Both the position numbers and the translations under genes were made by a program. Below are positions 20,001 through 27,804 of a DNA stretch of 62,884 nucleotides, piece by piece. The notes under the pieces were generated by a model. The model had not been told where the DNA came from. It did not search any database and saw only the letters and a program-made list of their open reading frames with translations. Every line of letters begins with the position of its first letter. The first letter of the stretch is position 1. Source of the DNA: an uncultured virus (IMG/VR IMGVR_UViG_3300034021_001069) (lineage: Duplodnaviria > Heunggongvirae > Uroviricota > Caudoviricetes); the IMG/VR virus record IMGVR_UViG_3300034021_001069; one strand, given 5' to 3'.

Positions 20001-21256
20001 TATGCATTAGCAACACCACTTCCAGTTAAATTCGGCCAGCCAAATACATTATAAACTTTTACAAATTGACCTAATTCGAATGGAATAATTCCATTCTGAA
20101 CAGACTCTGAAGTTCTTGGCTTAGGAATGGAAACGTATTTTGGAGTAAGAAGATCCATTCTATACCCCTGAACATATGCAATTCCAGGGGAGACCTCAAT
20201 TGCAGCATAATCCTCACTTGCAGTTACACCATCTGGAGAAACTGTTCCTCTAGGATATACACCATTATTAAAGAAATCATCTAGATGCTCACGGAGATTG
20301 ATCTGGAATGGCTTAACAACATAATCACCAGAAGTTTCATATGTTCTTCTAGCTAAAGCTTTTTCTAATTCTGAATATTCTGTCTTATTGACAAATTGCT
20401 CTACTTTTGAATTGTTGAGTCTTAACAATTCAATAAAGTTCTTATCCGTATCATCATTTAATGCTTTCTTAACTAAAGAAGTTTTAATGCGGAATCTATG
20501 AGATCCAGGAGCCGAATAGTTTGAAGAACCAATCGCATTATCGTTTAGAGATGGGTCATCTTCTGGAGTAATAATGGATTCTGAAACTTCTAAACCTATT
20601 CTATATGATGGGTTATTTGTGTATTGATCTAAAATTAAATATGAAGAAGGAATATCAACAAAATGACCTCTAATGAAATAAACTCCATCGTTGATATATG
20701 CTACAGATCCAATTGCGCTCGATTTTGTTGGAAGCATCTGGGCGAATGGTGATCCAATCTCAATAAGAGTATTACCAAAAGTAATTTCAGTTTCTGCAAT
20801 TAATTGTTCATTATCTACAAACTTTTTATTAGAAACTGAAGAGTAATTATCTGCAGAATCCAAATATTTTACATATAATGAAATATAACCTCTACTTGAT
20901 TCTGTTGCAGGAATACTATATAATACTTTTGCCCTAATGTCTGTTGTTAACCCTTTAATAATTTTTCCTGTCAATTGCTCCCTATAGGTTTCAACGTTAA
21001 CACCCAGGAAGTTCTGCTGTAATAGAATTACGTTGACATTTAAATCATATCCAACTTGACCAGGAATTACCATCGCACCTTCTTTAAAGAAGTGCTGACC
21101 GATACTCTCAATCTGGTTCTGTAAAATAGATTGGAGCGTGGTTAATTCTCTAGCCTGAATTGGATATCCAGGTCTAAATAAAACTCTATAGAAATTTTTA
21201 GCCTTATCGAAATCGTCAAAATATGGGCTAATATTTAAATTGGTATCCTGGGGCAT
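14036..21256 (-). CDS. Large VrlC-like (DUF4815-type) virion structural protein, 2406 aa
   Basis: NLNISPYFDDFD...FYRVLFRPGYPIQARELTTLQSILQNQ...RLKNGFIVDDF...YDPLAQSF...LFKSQNASTWT. Confidence 0.9.
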   Translation of the reverse strand: MPQDTNLNISPYFDDFDKAKNFYRVLFRPGYPIQARELTTLQSILQNQIESIGQHFFKEGAMVIPGQVGYDLNVNVILLQQNFLGVNVETYREQLTGKIIKGLTTDIRAKVLYSIPATESSRGYISLYVKYLDSADNYSSVSNKKFVDNEQLIAETEITFGNTLIEIGSPFAQMLPTKSSAIGSVAYINDGVYFIRGHFVDIPSSYLILDQYTNNPSYRIGLEVSESIITPEDDPSLNDNAIGSSNYSAPGSHRFRIKTSLVKKALNDDTDKNFIELLRLNNSKVEQFVNKTEYSELEKALARRTYETSGDYVVKPFQINLREHLDDFFNNGVYPRGTVSPDGVTASEDYAAIEVSPGIAYVQGYRMDLLTPKYVSIPKPRTSESVQNGIIPFELGQFVKVYNVFGWPNLTGSGVANAYQTLELRDNWNSVRGSTAGSVIGKARAIQLMQQNTEYNLYLMDIQMYTVLNLGSSVQVSAGDLIIGRTSGARGFIDSSSTGTTIKLIEVSGRFVNNEIIERDGRVLAEVRANFEYEFTDTKQVVGRNTLSQITFSANLSLNGAYPMVGQSFKIDKTTNNRIEGFLSKFENDLRPGDVLAVSASNNSGNNTIRVELVNQNAIQITSQNQYGGTDPIFDYLVQHADLDVAKTIGTVADGSYNSVVRLRPILFTKVDDSGDLTIDMPKEAIRAIDDESFITMQQFVNKTVIAGGITLSLPENQQFAALNSENYVLTITSETGSVWDVGDNLDIDNLNTLGTLTVSFGATRQSITISGLTNVNTVTLTSAISKNVVTKKIKTASKMRVLKAVRTQSNNDVQKFGLAYGNLYGTRIEDPEISLGVNDAYKLHAVYESLDDGDPKIPYVTLADIVFFATGTVIVGSKSGARARVISFNASDLKLYNVSLNNIPFLPGEEITGEAADTSSLTALIEDTETSIELGSKNITNQFYLDTNQNSYFYDVSKLVRRRGITPPRRKISAVFDYFLHEASGDYFSNQSYTGVKFSEIPNIPVGNSTKRTRDVIDFRPAVGELASGSGTVGSPFIVTCATLDFNSRVFSTAGGAGASTIFDLMKVEEEFRCDYSYYLPRIDQLYINSEGNLVVALGKPEEQKQLPSKIDNAMLLATLSYAAYLDDVINDVAILREKNRRYTMRDIGDIDKRLGNVEYYTSLSLLEMKTQNTSIKDEDGFDRLKNGFIVDDFSDQGIADIQNQDYKASIDFTTNVLRPSHYTTNIALAFNDQQSSNIQKTDQLITLPYTDLKIIDQPYASRQENVNPFNVFTYLGRIDLVPSSDDWIDTNRVPRRVTSIEGNFEATARRLNVDNNGFAPIEWGSWQTTWTGVASWTNSWREGNIPIRDVWASTTTTTSGQARTGIRTRVLPRVDEQSLGDTLLSSTSVPWIRSRNIAFTAARMKPRTRLHAFFDGILIDNYITPKVIELVKNSGQDIRTNETPFVIGETVVGQTSRCRLLVTPPNDGVVKNPYSLTEENLPESYASQTSVLNIDTIKLSEIISPNYFGNVAIGEVLVGLTSGARAVVKDRRLITDNVGSISGSFFIPSPSLDSNPRWATGTRTLRFTTSLTDSRVPGTVDTSAETEYIASGTLNTVQENVLAIRNASLVRDTVSDSRVISSTRTEVRVGGWYDPLAQSFISDEPGGVFLTSVDIYFATKDSNVPVSMQVRTMENGYPSKIILPFSDITLTPDQIEISDNAAIPTRFRFKAPVYIKQSEEHCFVLLSDSNEYRVWISRMGDIDVSGNRTISEQPYAGVLFKSQNASTWTADQYEDLKFSVYRAKFNTNTGSVIFNNSDLGIGNGGISKLAENSIRTINPKRVINLPTGNTYSYTIGARLIQEPSNAEATVVSFSTLGANNSITVTDIAGTWAAGFVQGDGAIFQNIKSSQSLATVVLSTIQNGTFAIGDVITGSNSGTTGVVTSYTSGTLTLELNYMNGEFDSSDTLSNESGVSATISSDTYSGDSVNGYPASAPTARIEDKAIIVSHNNHCMHSRQNNVEISGVISEVPATVLTADLNIGSNSITVQDATAFHKVINAQAIGNLNPGYIKINNEIIQYSAISTNGQIITVATSGRAAAGTSESNHTSGSIVECYNLDGIPLIEINKIHTAIENPTLDQYLLSTNSVASIGILGGGENIYATQNVQFELLTPRIATLNFPETNITARVNTTRGTSIGDGTSIIDQASFVNTGEYDDVVLNDTNYFANPKLICSKVNEDNKLSGDKSMTLNVILTTTKDTLSPIIDLDRTSIITTTNRINNWVGGGTGDAGYGYGDPFGDTSTDPYGDQNEAIYITKPAKLLSPSKSIKVDFAADRSPQNKIKVYYKAYLASGTTNPNQIKWVEMNPPEGKNNPSPSETINSFKDYEFFANNLTFDTYQIKIVMTSTNQAIVPQVKEFRSIALAS

Positions 21257-21260
21257 TTTC

Positions 21261-22796
21261 TTAGAACTCGACTACAATTTTGATGTCTTCAATCTGATCG
21301 TTGGCGCGGGAAATCGCTCTTCTGTTATCTATATAGATAATCTGACCAGAGTTCTTTTTGATTTCTGGTTTAGCATAACCATTTGTAAAACTCATACCAA
21401 GGTCATATTCAGTATTGTTGATGACTCTTGTTGATGCTCCAGAAACAATTGGGAAGTTAATATCTGGATCTGCAGAAACACCAGAAGAAGAACCAGTAAT
21501 TGTGTTTCCTCCTTCAAATTCAATCAAGCTTCCAGTAATTTCTGGGAAAATACCATCAACTCTATCTTGGTAGTATTTCAATACTTTGGTTGTTGAATTC
21601 CAGCTAACAACTCTTCCTCTAGCTGTTACTGACTGACCACCAACAGTTCTTGACTGTGTAATAATTTCATCTGTCTGGAAATTTCCAGTGAATGTGGGTG
21701 AGAAAATTACAGCTCTTGTTCCAGATAGTGTTAATTCTGAAGTCAATTCTTCAGTTCCATATTTAAGAGGATTTAGAAGTAATCCAATTCTTCTGTAATC
21801 ATTATCTACTGGGAAATCACCAGAACCTTCATCATATGTAAACTTGGTATTGATCATGATTCTATAACCACCAAGTTCATCTACTGGATCTTCACCATGA
21901 CCTCCTGCTGGTGGAATTACGACGTTAATCTGAGCACCAGAACCAGTTCCAGATCCAATACCATTAATTTCATCAATGATGATTTTTCCAAATGAATAAT
22001 TTGATCCACCAGAAGTTACAGTTGCACTTACAACTTTACCTCCGTCTACAACAATAGATACTCTTCCTCCAATACCATCACCCTTAATTGGAACGTTTTC
22101 GTAAGTTCCATTGTTATAACCAGAACCAGAAGATGTAATGACTACAGTATCAATTTCTCCAGCAGCAGCATCAGATTGAACTGCAGTGTCACTTAATACG
22201 GGCATATAATCACCCGAAAAGAATTTCAAAACTTGACCAACTGGAATGGTGTATAAGTATTTCCATCTATAACCATCTGCTGTTGTGATAATAGAGGTTG
22301 AAGTTCCAGTTGGTTCTACTGTGGATGGCTTTCCATTTGGATCAGATGGTGAAGTTCCGTTGTATATACACTTATATACTTGATATGAAGAATTTACAAC
22401 ATAGAAATCTGCATCATATAGCTTCGTTGCACCAGAAGATGCAGTTTTTAATGAAGAGTAATCATGGCTATACATATCATATACATATCCCAAGCCTCCA
22501 GTAGTTTGCTCAGGTGGAATCCAGTCGATTCTTCTAACAACTGGAACAACATCATTCGATAGAACTCTCTTCATAGAGATTAAATCATCATAAACATCAG
22601 TAAATTCTTGAAATGAATCTACTGGAGTTGGAGGATTATTTTCGTTATCCCAATCATATGGTCTACCAATAAAAACATACAAACGATCACGGTTTGCTCC
22701 CGCAACAATATCGCTCTGAGTTTTATCAGATCCTTCAAGAGCTTTGATAAACTTTTTTGCGGTAAAAATTCTAAATTGGTCAGTTAATAATGCCAT
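21261..22796 (-). CDS. gp8: Baseplate wedge subunit
   Basis: LYVFIGRP..W...P.P.D...VVRRIDW...FYVVNSSYQVYKC..N...DGYRWKYLY...IIYIDNR..I.R..DQ.EDIKIVVEF. Confidence 0.95.
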   Translation of the reverse strand: MALLTDQFRIFTAKKFIKALEGSDKTQSDIVAGANRDRLYVFIGRPYDWDNENNPPTPVDSFQEFTDVYDDLISMKRVLSNDVVPVVRRIDWIPPEQTTGGLGYVYDMYSHDYSSLKTASSGATKLYDADFYVVNSSYQVYKCIYNGTSPSDPNGKPSTVEPTGTSTSIITTADGYRWKYLYTIPVGQVLKFFSGDYMPVLSDTAVQSDAAAGEIDTVVITSSGSGYNNGTYENVPIKGDGIGGRVSIVVDGGKVVSATVTSGGSNYSFGKIIIDEINGIGSGTGSGAQINVVIPPAGGHGEDPVDELGGYRIMINTKFTYDEGSGDFPVDNDYRRIGLLLNPLKYGTEELTSELTLSGTRAVIFSPTFTGNFQTDEIITQSRTVGGQSVTARGRVVSWNSTTKVLKYYQDRVDGIFPEITGSLIEFEGGNTITGSSSGVSADPDINFPIVSGASTRVINNTEYDLGMSFTNGYAKPEIKKNSGQIIYIDNRRAISRANDQIEDIKIVVEF

Positions 22797-22828
22797 AACT
22801 GAGATTAAAAATTATTTCTTATACTGTA

Positions 22829-22836
22829 TATTTATA
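22829..22836 (-). promoter_or_regulatory. T4 late promoter (TATAAATA)
   Basis: Perfect consensus upstream of gp8. Confidence 0.8.
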
Positions 22837-22837
22837 G

Positions 22838-24679
22838 TTATTCTTCTTCATTTCTTGCATATACAGGATATGCTCTCTGAACTAAAGTTGATGTTGCTCC
22901 AGAAGAATTACCAACTAAAGATTCTCCTACAGAAAATAGATGATTTCCACTATATTCTATGGGAGATTTTAGTGTTAATATTGATGATGTTCTGTTAAAT
23001 GACACAACTTCTGCAGAAACTGTAGAAGTTCCTCCGATAACTGTTTCACCCACGACATAACTAGTGGTTGAAATATTTCTTATCTTAAACTCAAGCAAGG
23101 CTTCGTATGAATCTCCATCATTCAATTGACCAGCAGATGAGACTGAAGCCAATAGCCTGGAACTACTCGAATCAAATATTTTATCGCCTTGCTGGAATAG
23201 TGTGGTGCTTTGACCTCCTACAGTTTCTTCAATACCATATAAAGAAGTTGAAATACCACCATCTAAACTGATTTTATTTTCATACTCAGTTGTTGTGTTA
23301 ATTAAATCTGGAATGCCATCTGGCTGACCATTTAAATTGGCATCAACAAATGCACTATTGGGGAGTATTGTTATTGGGCTTGTAAATAGAAAAATTCTAG
23401 AATTTTCTTTTTCTACTATAGTGTGTGGTGCAAGACCAGTAGCAGATGAATTTGCACTTCCTCCAGTAAATGAAATAACTGCAGATTTTTCTCCAGATCT
23501 ACCGCCATCAATAAAAGCTAATTCATCAACTTCAAATATAATATATAAAGCTCTATTGATTGGATCCCAATCATAAACTTTTGCTATTTTATTATTTGAG
23601 GATTCGATCTCTCTGATAATCTTATCAGCAACATTAAAATTATAATTTGAAATTCCAGTTCCTGGATCATTTGCTAGATCATCAAGTATTACTTTTTGAT
23701 CGAATTTAAAATTAACTCCTCTATCACAACCAGTAAATTTAGTGGATGTTTTTCCAGTATATCTAATAATTTCTCTTCCTAGTAAAATTTTACCAGATCC
23801 TGGATATGGGTCAGTAGTTTCAACATCAATAAAGTTTTGACTAGGAGTTATATCTTTTGTAATTCCAGTTAAATTATATAAAACCGCATTTAATGATTGT
23901 CTATTTCTAGTCGCTTTTATTAAATTTGTATCTCTAGTGAAGATTACTTGAGGGGGATTTACAAATCCTCCACCAGGGTTTGTGATAGCGATATTAGTGA
24001 GAGAACCAAGATCGATTGCCGCTTTTGCTTGAGCACCAGATCCTCCTCCACCAATTAACTGAATCAAAGGAGGGGTTTCAAAGAATTCACCAGCATTGGA
24101 TATATTAATATTTGTGACAACACCAAATTCGTCAATATTAGCTACACCAGCAGCACCCTGTCCACCACCTCCAGATATTACGATAGTTACATCTCCAAGT
24201 TCATAGTTTTGACCAGGATTTTCTAAAGATAATCCAGTGACTAATCCAGTTATTGGAACTAGCTGAACACCAGATCCACCACCACCTCTAATATATGCTC
24301 TTGCTGAAGTATCGCCATAATATCCATCACCATTTTCAAATACTTGAATATAACTTATAGAGCCATTTGAATTTAATACGGCTCTGGCTTTTACTTTTGT
24401 TGTATTTGCAACTAATGGCTCAACTATAACTTCTAATGGCAAATATCCTTCACCAGGATCAATAACTTCAACTGCTTGGATTTTACCATCAGTTTTATTG
24501 ATAACTGGTCTAAGTATTGCCTCTCTTAACGGAGTTCCACAGTTTGAAATAGTTAGTCGTGGTGGATTATTTGGATCGTAACCTTCTCCACCATCAATAA
24601 CTACAATATCTTTGACCCCATATATGCTATTAAATATGGGTTCAATAACTGCACCGCTTCCAGGAACTGTTCTTGCCAT
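22838..24679 (-). CDS. Baseplate-associated structural protein with Gly-rich GxGY-P repeats, 613 aa
   Basis: Repeats of the type found in the gp7-like protein; located between the gp9-like gene and gp8. Confidence 0.8.
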   Translation of the reverse strand: MARTVPGSGAVIEPIFNSIYGVKDIVVIDGGEGYDPNNPPRLTISNCGTPLREAILRPVINKTDGKIQAVEVIDPGEGYLPLEVIVEPLVANTTKVKARAVLNSNGSISYIQVFENGDGYYGDTSARAYIRGGGGSGVQLVPITGLVTGLSLENPGQNYELGDVTIVISGGGGQGAAGVANIDEFGVVTNINISNAGEFFETPPLIQLIGGGGSGAQAKAAIDLGSLTNIAITNPGGGFVNPPQVIFTRDTNLIKATRNRQSLNAVLYNLTGITKDITPSQNFIDVETTDPYPGSGKILLGREIIRYTGKTSTKFTGCDRGVNFKFDQKVILDDLANDPGTGISNYNFNVADKIIREIESSNNKIAKVYDWDPINRALYIIFEVDELAFIDGGRSGEKSAVISFTGGSANSSATGLAPHTIVEKENSRIFLFTSPITILPNSAFVDANLNGQPDGIPDLINTTTEYENKISLDGGISTSLYGIEETVGGQSTTLFQQGDKIFDSSSSRLLASVSSAGQLNDGDSYEALLEFKIRNISTTSYVVGETVIGGTSTVSAEVVSFNRTSSILTLKSPIEYSGNHLFSVGESLVGNSSGATSTLVQRAYPVYARNEEE

Positions 24680-24682
24680 GTA

Positions 24683-26179
24683 TTATCTGATTGTAATGGT
24701 TCCGATCATTCCACTATGAATAGTGCATTGATATACAATGCTATTTGGAGCATCCATTGGAACAGTCCAGTATTGATAACCAGTTTGTATACCAGTCAAT
24801 CCACCAGTGTAGTCTACTCCACCAGTATTAATATCTGCAGTTCTCAATGCAAATGGATGAGATGCTCCAGTCATATTATTGAAGATGTAAGTGAATCCTC
24901 TGTATACAATTAAAGTTGGATCATCGGTAGAGTTACTTAATCCAGGACCAGTAAATCTATATGCAGACTGACCATTTGATGATATTGAATAGTATAAAAC
25001 TGGGCTTGGAGCATCTTCCCAATCTTGAAGATTTTTCCATAAAGAACTTCCTGTCGTTGGAGCAGAAAGAGTGACATCAGTTAATGTATCTAAGCTTGAT
25101 ATCACATCTCCACTATATCCAATTACCAATCTTCCATTGCTATCTATATTTGTTGCAATACTTTGACCGCCAATAACAGATAAGCTAGAAGTTGCAGTTG
25201 TTGCAGTAATTGGTGTTCCAGTATCAGCTATAACTGAAGTAAATACATTTTGAATTACATTTGGCGAACTATTTGTAATAGTTAATGTTTTACCACTAAC
25301 GGCAGTTGTAATACCAGTTCCACCATTAACTGTTAATGTATCTGTAGTTGTGGTCGCGCTGGTGCTTCCAGACTGACTGCTTATTGTTTGGAATACATTC
25401 TGGGATAATGCAGCATTAATAGTTAATGTATCACCAACAATTGACGTGGTTACACCAGTTCCACCACGAATATTTAAAGTATCATTAACGGCAGATGCTG
25501 TTGTAGTTCCACTATCTGCTGTAATTGTTTCCCATAAATTTTGATTTATTCCAGTTCCTTCTCCAGTATTATCATTCCCAGGAATCCATTTTCCTGTTGC
25601 TGAATTCCACTTTAAAACTTGACCATTGGCTGGAACAATAGATGTATCTACATCTGATAATTCATTTATTGAAGAATTTGTATCTAGCAATTGTGTCCAA
25701 TTGCCAGAATGTGCAAAATAGCTATGTGCAGTTCCATGAACGTGTGCAAACATACCATGATGCTCTCCTGCATTTGGTAAATCTGAAATTAATTCATAGA
25801 AGCATGAATATTTTAGATTACCATCTAATCCATCAATATAAACTTTTGCTTGTTCACTGCTACCTGTATGTAATTTAATATCTCCAGAACCACCAGGCCT
25901 CAACCTAATATCAGTATTTGTTGAAGATGTTATTAATTTTCCATTGACATTTAAATCTGCCCCAAGAGTATCATAATGTGCAGGAGCAAATTGGCTGCCA
26001 TTCCATTTTAATACATGATATGCAGCTGCATTATCTGTATTAATTTGAATATTACTACCATCTCCAATGACGTTATATATCTCGTCAAATACAGTATTAA
26101 CCTTGATGGCACCGTCTCTAAGACTATCGCCAGTTCCATCATTAGCTATGCCGCCTATGTTTATATTTTGCTTTGCCAT
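24683..26179 (-). CDS. gp9: Baseplate wedge/tail-fibre connector (gp9/gp10-like N-terminus) with C-terminal cupredoxin-like motif
   Basis: MAKQNINIG..ANDGTGDSLRDG..KVN..F.EIY is the T4 gp9/gp10 N-terminal motif; C-terminus HPF...YQCTIHSGM. Confidence 0.75.
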   Translation of the reverse strand: MAKQNINIGGIANDGTGDSLRDGAIKVNTVFDEIYNVIGDGSNIQINTDNAAAYHVLKWNGSQFAPAHYDTLGADLNVNGKLITSSTNTDIRLRPGGSGDIKLHTGSSEQAKVYIDGLDGNLKYSCFYELISDLPNAGEHHGMFAHVHGTAHSYFAHSGNWTQLLDTNSSINELSDVDTSIVPANGQVLKWNSATGKWIPGNDNTGEGTGINQNLWETITADSGTTTASAVNDTLNIRGGTGVTTSIVGDTLTINAALSQNVFQTISSQSGSTSATTTTDTLTVNGGTGITTAVSGKTLTITNSSPNVIQNVFTSVIADTGTPITATTATSSLSVIGGQSIATNIDSNGRLVIGYSGDVISSLDTLTDVTLSAPTTGSSLWKNLQDWEDAPSPVLYYSISSNGQSAYRFTGPGLSNSTDDPTLIVYRGFTYIFNNMTGASHPFALRTADINTGGVDYTGGLTGIQTGYQYWTVPMDAPNSIVYQCTIHSGMIGTITIR

Positions 26180-26197
26180 AACCTTAGGGTTTTTATC

Positions 26198-26204
26198 TAT
26201 TTAT
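26198..26204 (-). promoter_or_regulatory. T4-type late promoter (ATAAATA)
   Basis: AATAAATAG 19 nt upstream of ATG 26179. Confidence 0.6.
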
Positions 26205-27788
26205 TTAAGTTGCGTCGAAAGTGACGATAGTGGTGTCTAGAGTGGTATTAGTATCATCAAATGTTGTTCCTGAACCTTGACCAGTTCCAGTTACTGTTAG
26301 AACAGCGGCATTTGAAATTAATGGTGAATTAGTTGCCTGAGGAGTTATACCAACAGGTCCTCTAACTTGACATCTAAATCTATACCCAGTCATATACGAA
26401 ATTGTAGTCAAAGAGTATGTTGCAGATGTTGCACCATTAATATTTGACCAAGAGAATCCATTATCAGTTGATCTTTGCCATTGATATGATTTATTTCTAT
26501 TTTCAGGTTCAATTGATGCAGTAATTGAAAATGTTGCAATTTCACCAGAATTTGTTGTTACATTTTGTGGCTGTAAAGTAATTACTATTGTAGATGGACC
26601 TGATACTGGAGGTTCTACAGGTGGCTCATCTGGATCAATTGGATTTGCACCATTATTTAATGGTGCTTGGATTGTCTCTCTAGTTGATAGTCCGATAATA
26701 AACGGAAATTTAGGAACGTCATCATCTTCTGGATCAACAGTTATGAAGTAAGCATATGTTCCATTTGGATATTCTGGAGTTCTACAGAATCTTCCGTTAT
26801 GTGAATCCAAATCTCCAAGATTTACCAAGTATTCCCAATCTTGTATAAATGATCCATTTGGTATAGATTGATAGGTTGGTCTACCAACTGGAATAATTGT
26901 CTTTAATCGATATGAAGAAACCATAGTTCTCACTTCAGATCTATTGTTCCATGGTTCATCATAAGAATATGGTCCGTATATGGGAAACCCATCAAATGAT
27001 ATTCCTAAGACCTTGCTGTGACCATCTGGGTGCCTTAGATAATCATTATTGTATTGACTGGAACCATAATAATCATTATAAGTTCTTATGGAATTAATTT
27101 GATTCCAACAAGAAATGAAATTCCCATCATCATAGTGATATTGACCAGAATCATCTGGATTACCTCCACATAAATCTTCTCCAAAAGAAATATAAGCAGA
27201 ATCTCCAGCTGCAATATAATTAAATCCTTGAGGTGGATTTCTTTCAAGACCAGCAGATGAATTGAAAAGAATTACACCATTTGCTGATACTCCAATTGCA
27301 CCCAAAGGAAGTAAATTCGATTGAGCTTCATCGTAATAAATGTATGTGCCAGATGCAGTCTGGTTATAACTACAATTAAATGTTAATGTGGTATCTGTAG
27401 ATAACCAAAATGTTCCAGGAGTAGATATACTTACTGTTCCATTATATCGATAAACTCTAGATACGTTTGTATTAGAGAAATTAAAATATACCAAATCATT
27501 TACATTTATATCACTCAAATTATCATCATCTTGAAATTTAAGAAGATCCTGAGGAGCAATTTGAATTGTTATTGTAGTTCCAGTTTGCGACCAAGTATTA
27601 GACACAAACGTTTTACCAGTTCCAAATGTTCCACCCCTATACAGAAATGCATGTGAAAAGTTTTGGGCTAACACCCTATTTTCATTTTCTACATTAGGAA
27701 ATGTTCCATATGTTACTGGAGATGGTAATCCATCTCCAGTAATGGAAAGCTGGTTTGTAGATATATTTAATGAAGCAGTGGCTGTCAT
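26205..27788 (-). CDS. YHYH-domain structural protein with C-terminal Ig-like domain
   Basis: LPLGAIGVSANGV...GQYHY...HSKVLGISFDGFPIYGP...GDLDSHNGRF..TPEYPNGTYAYF, then ITLQPQN...YQWQ...YRFRC. Confidence 0.85.
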   Translation of the reverse strand: MTATASLNISTNQLSITGDGLPSPVTYGTFPNVENENRVLAQNFSHAFLYRGGTFGTGKTFVSNTWSQTGTTITIQIAPQDLLKFQDDDNLSDINVNDLVYFNFSNTNVSRVYRYNGTVSISTPGTFWLSTDTTLTFNCSYNQTASGTYIYYDEAQSNLLPLGAIGVSANGVILFNSSAGLERNPPQGFNYIAAGDSAYISFGEDLCGGNPDDSGQYHYDDGNFISCWNQINSIRTYNDYYGSSQYNNDYLRHPDGHSKVLGISFDGFPIYGPYSYDEPWNNRSEVRTMVSSYRLKTIIPVGRPTYQSIPNGSFIQDWEYLVNLGDLDSHNGRFCRTPEYPNGTYAYFITVDPEDDDVPKFPFIIGLSTRETIQAPLNNGANPIDPDEPPVEPPVSGPSTIVITLQPQNVTTNSGEIATFSITASIEPENRNKSYQWQRSTDNGFSWSNINGATSATYSLTTISYMTGYRFRCQVRGPVGITPQATNSPLISNAAVLTVTGTGQGSGTTFDDTNTTLDTTIVTFDAT

Positions 27789-27797
27789 TTTTAATTT

Positions 27798-27804
27798 TAT
27801 TTAT
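27798..27804 (-). promoter_or_regulatory. T4-type late promoter (ATAAATA)
   Basis: Overlaps the gp7 stop, 10 nt before ATG 27788. Confidence 0.5.
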
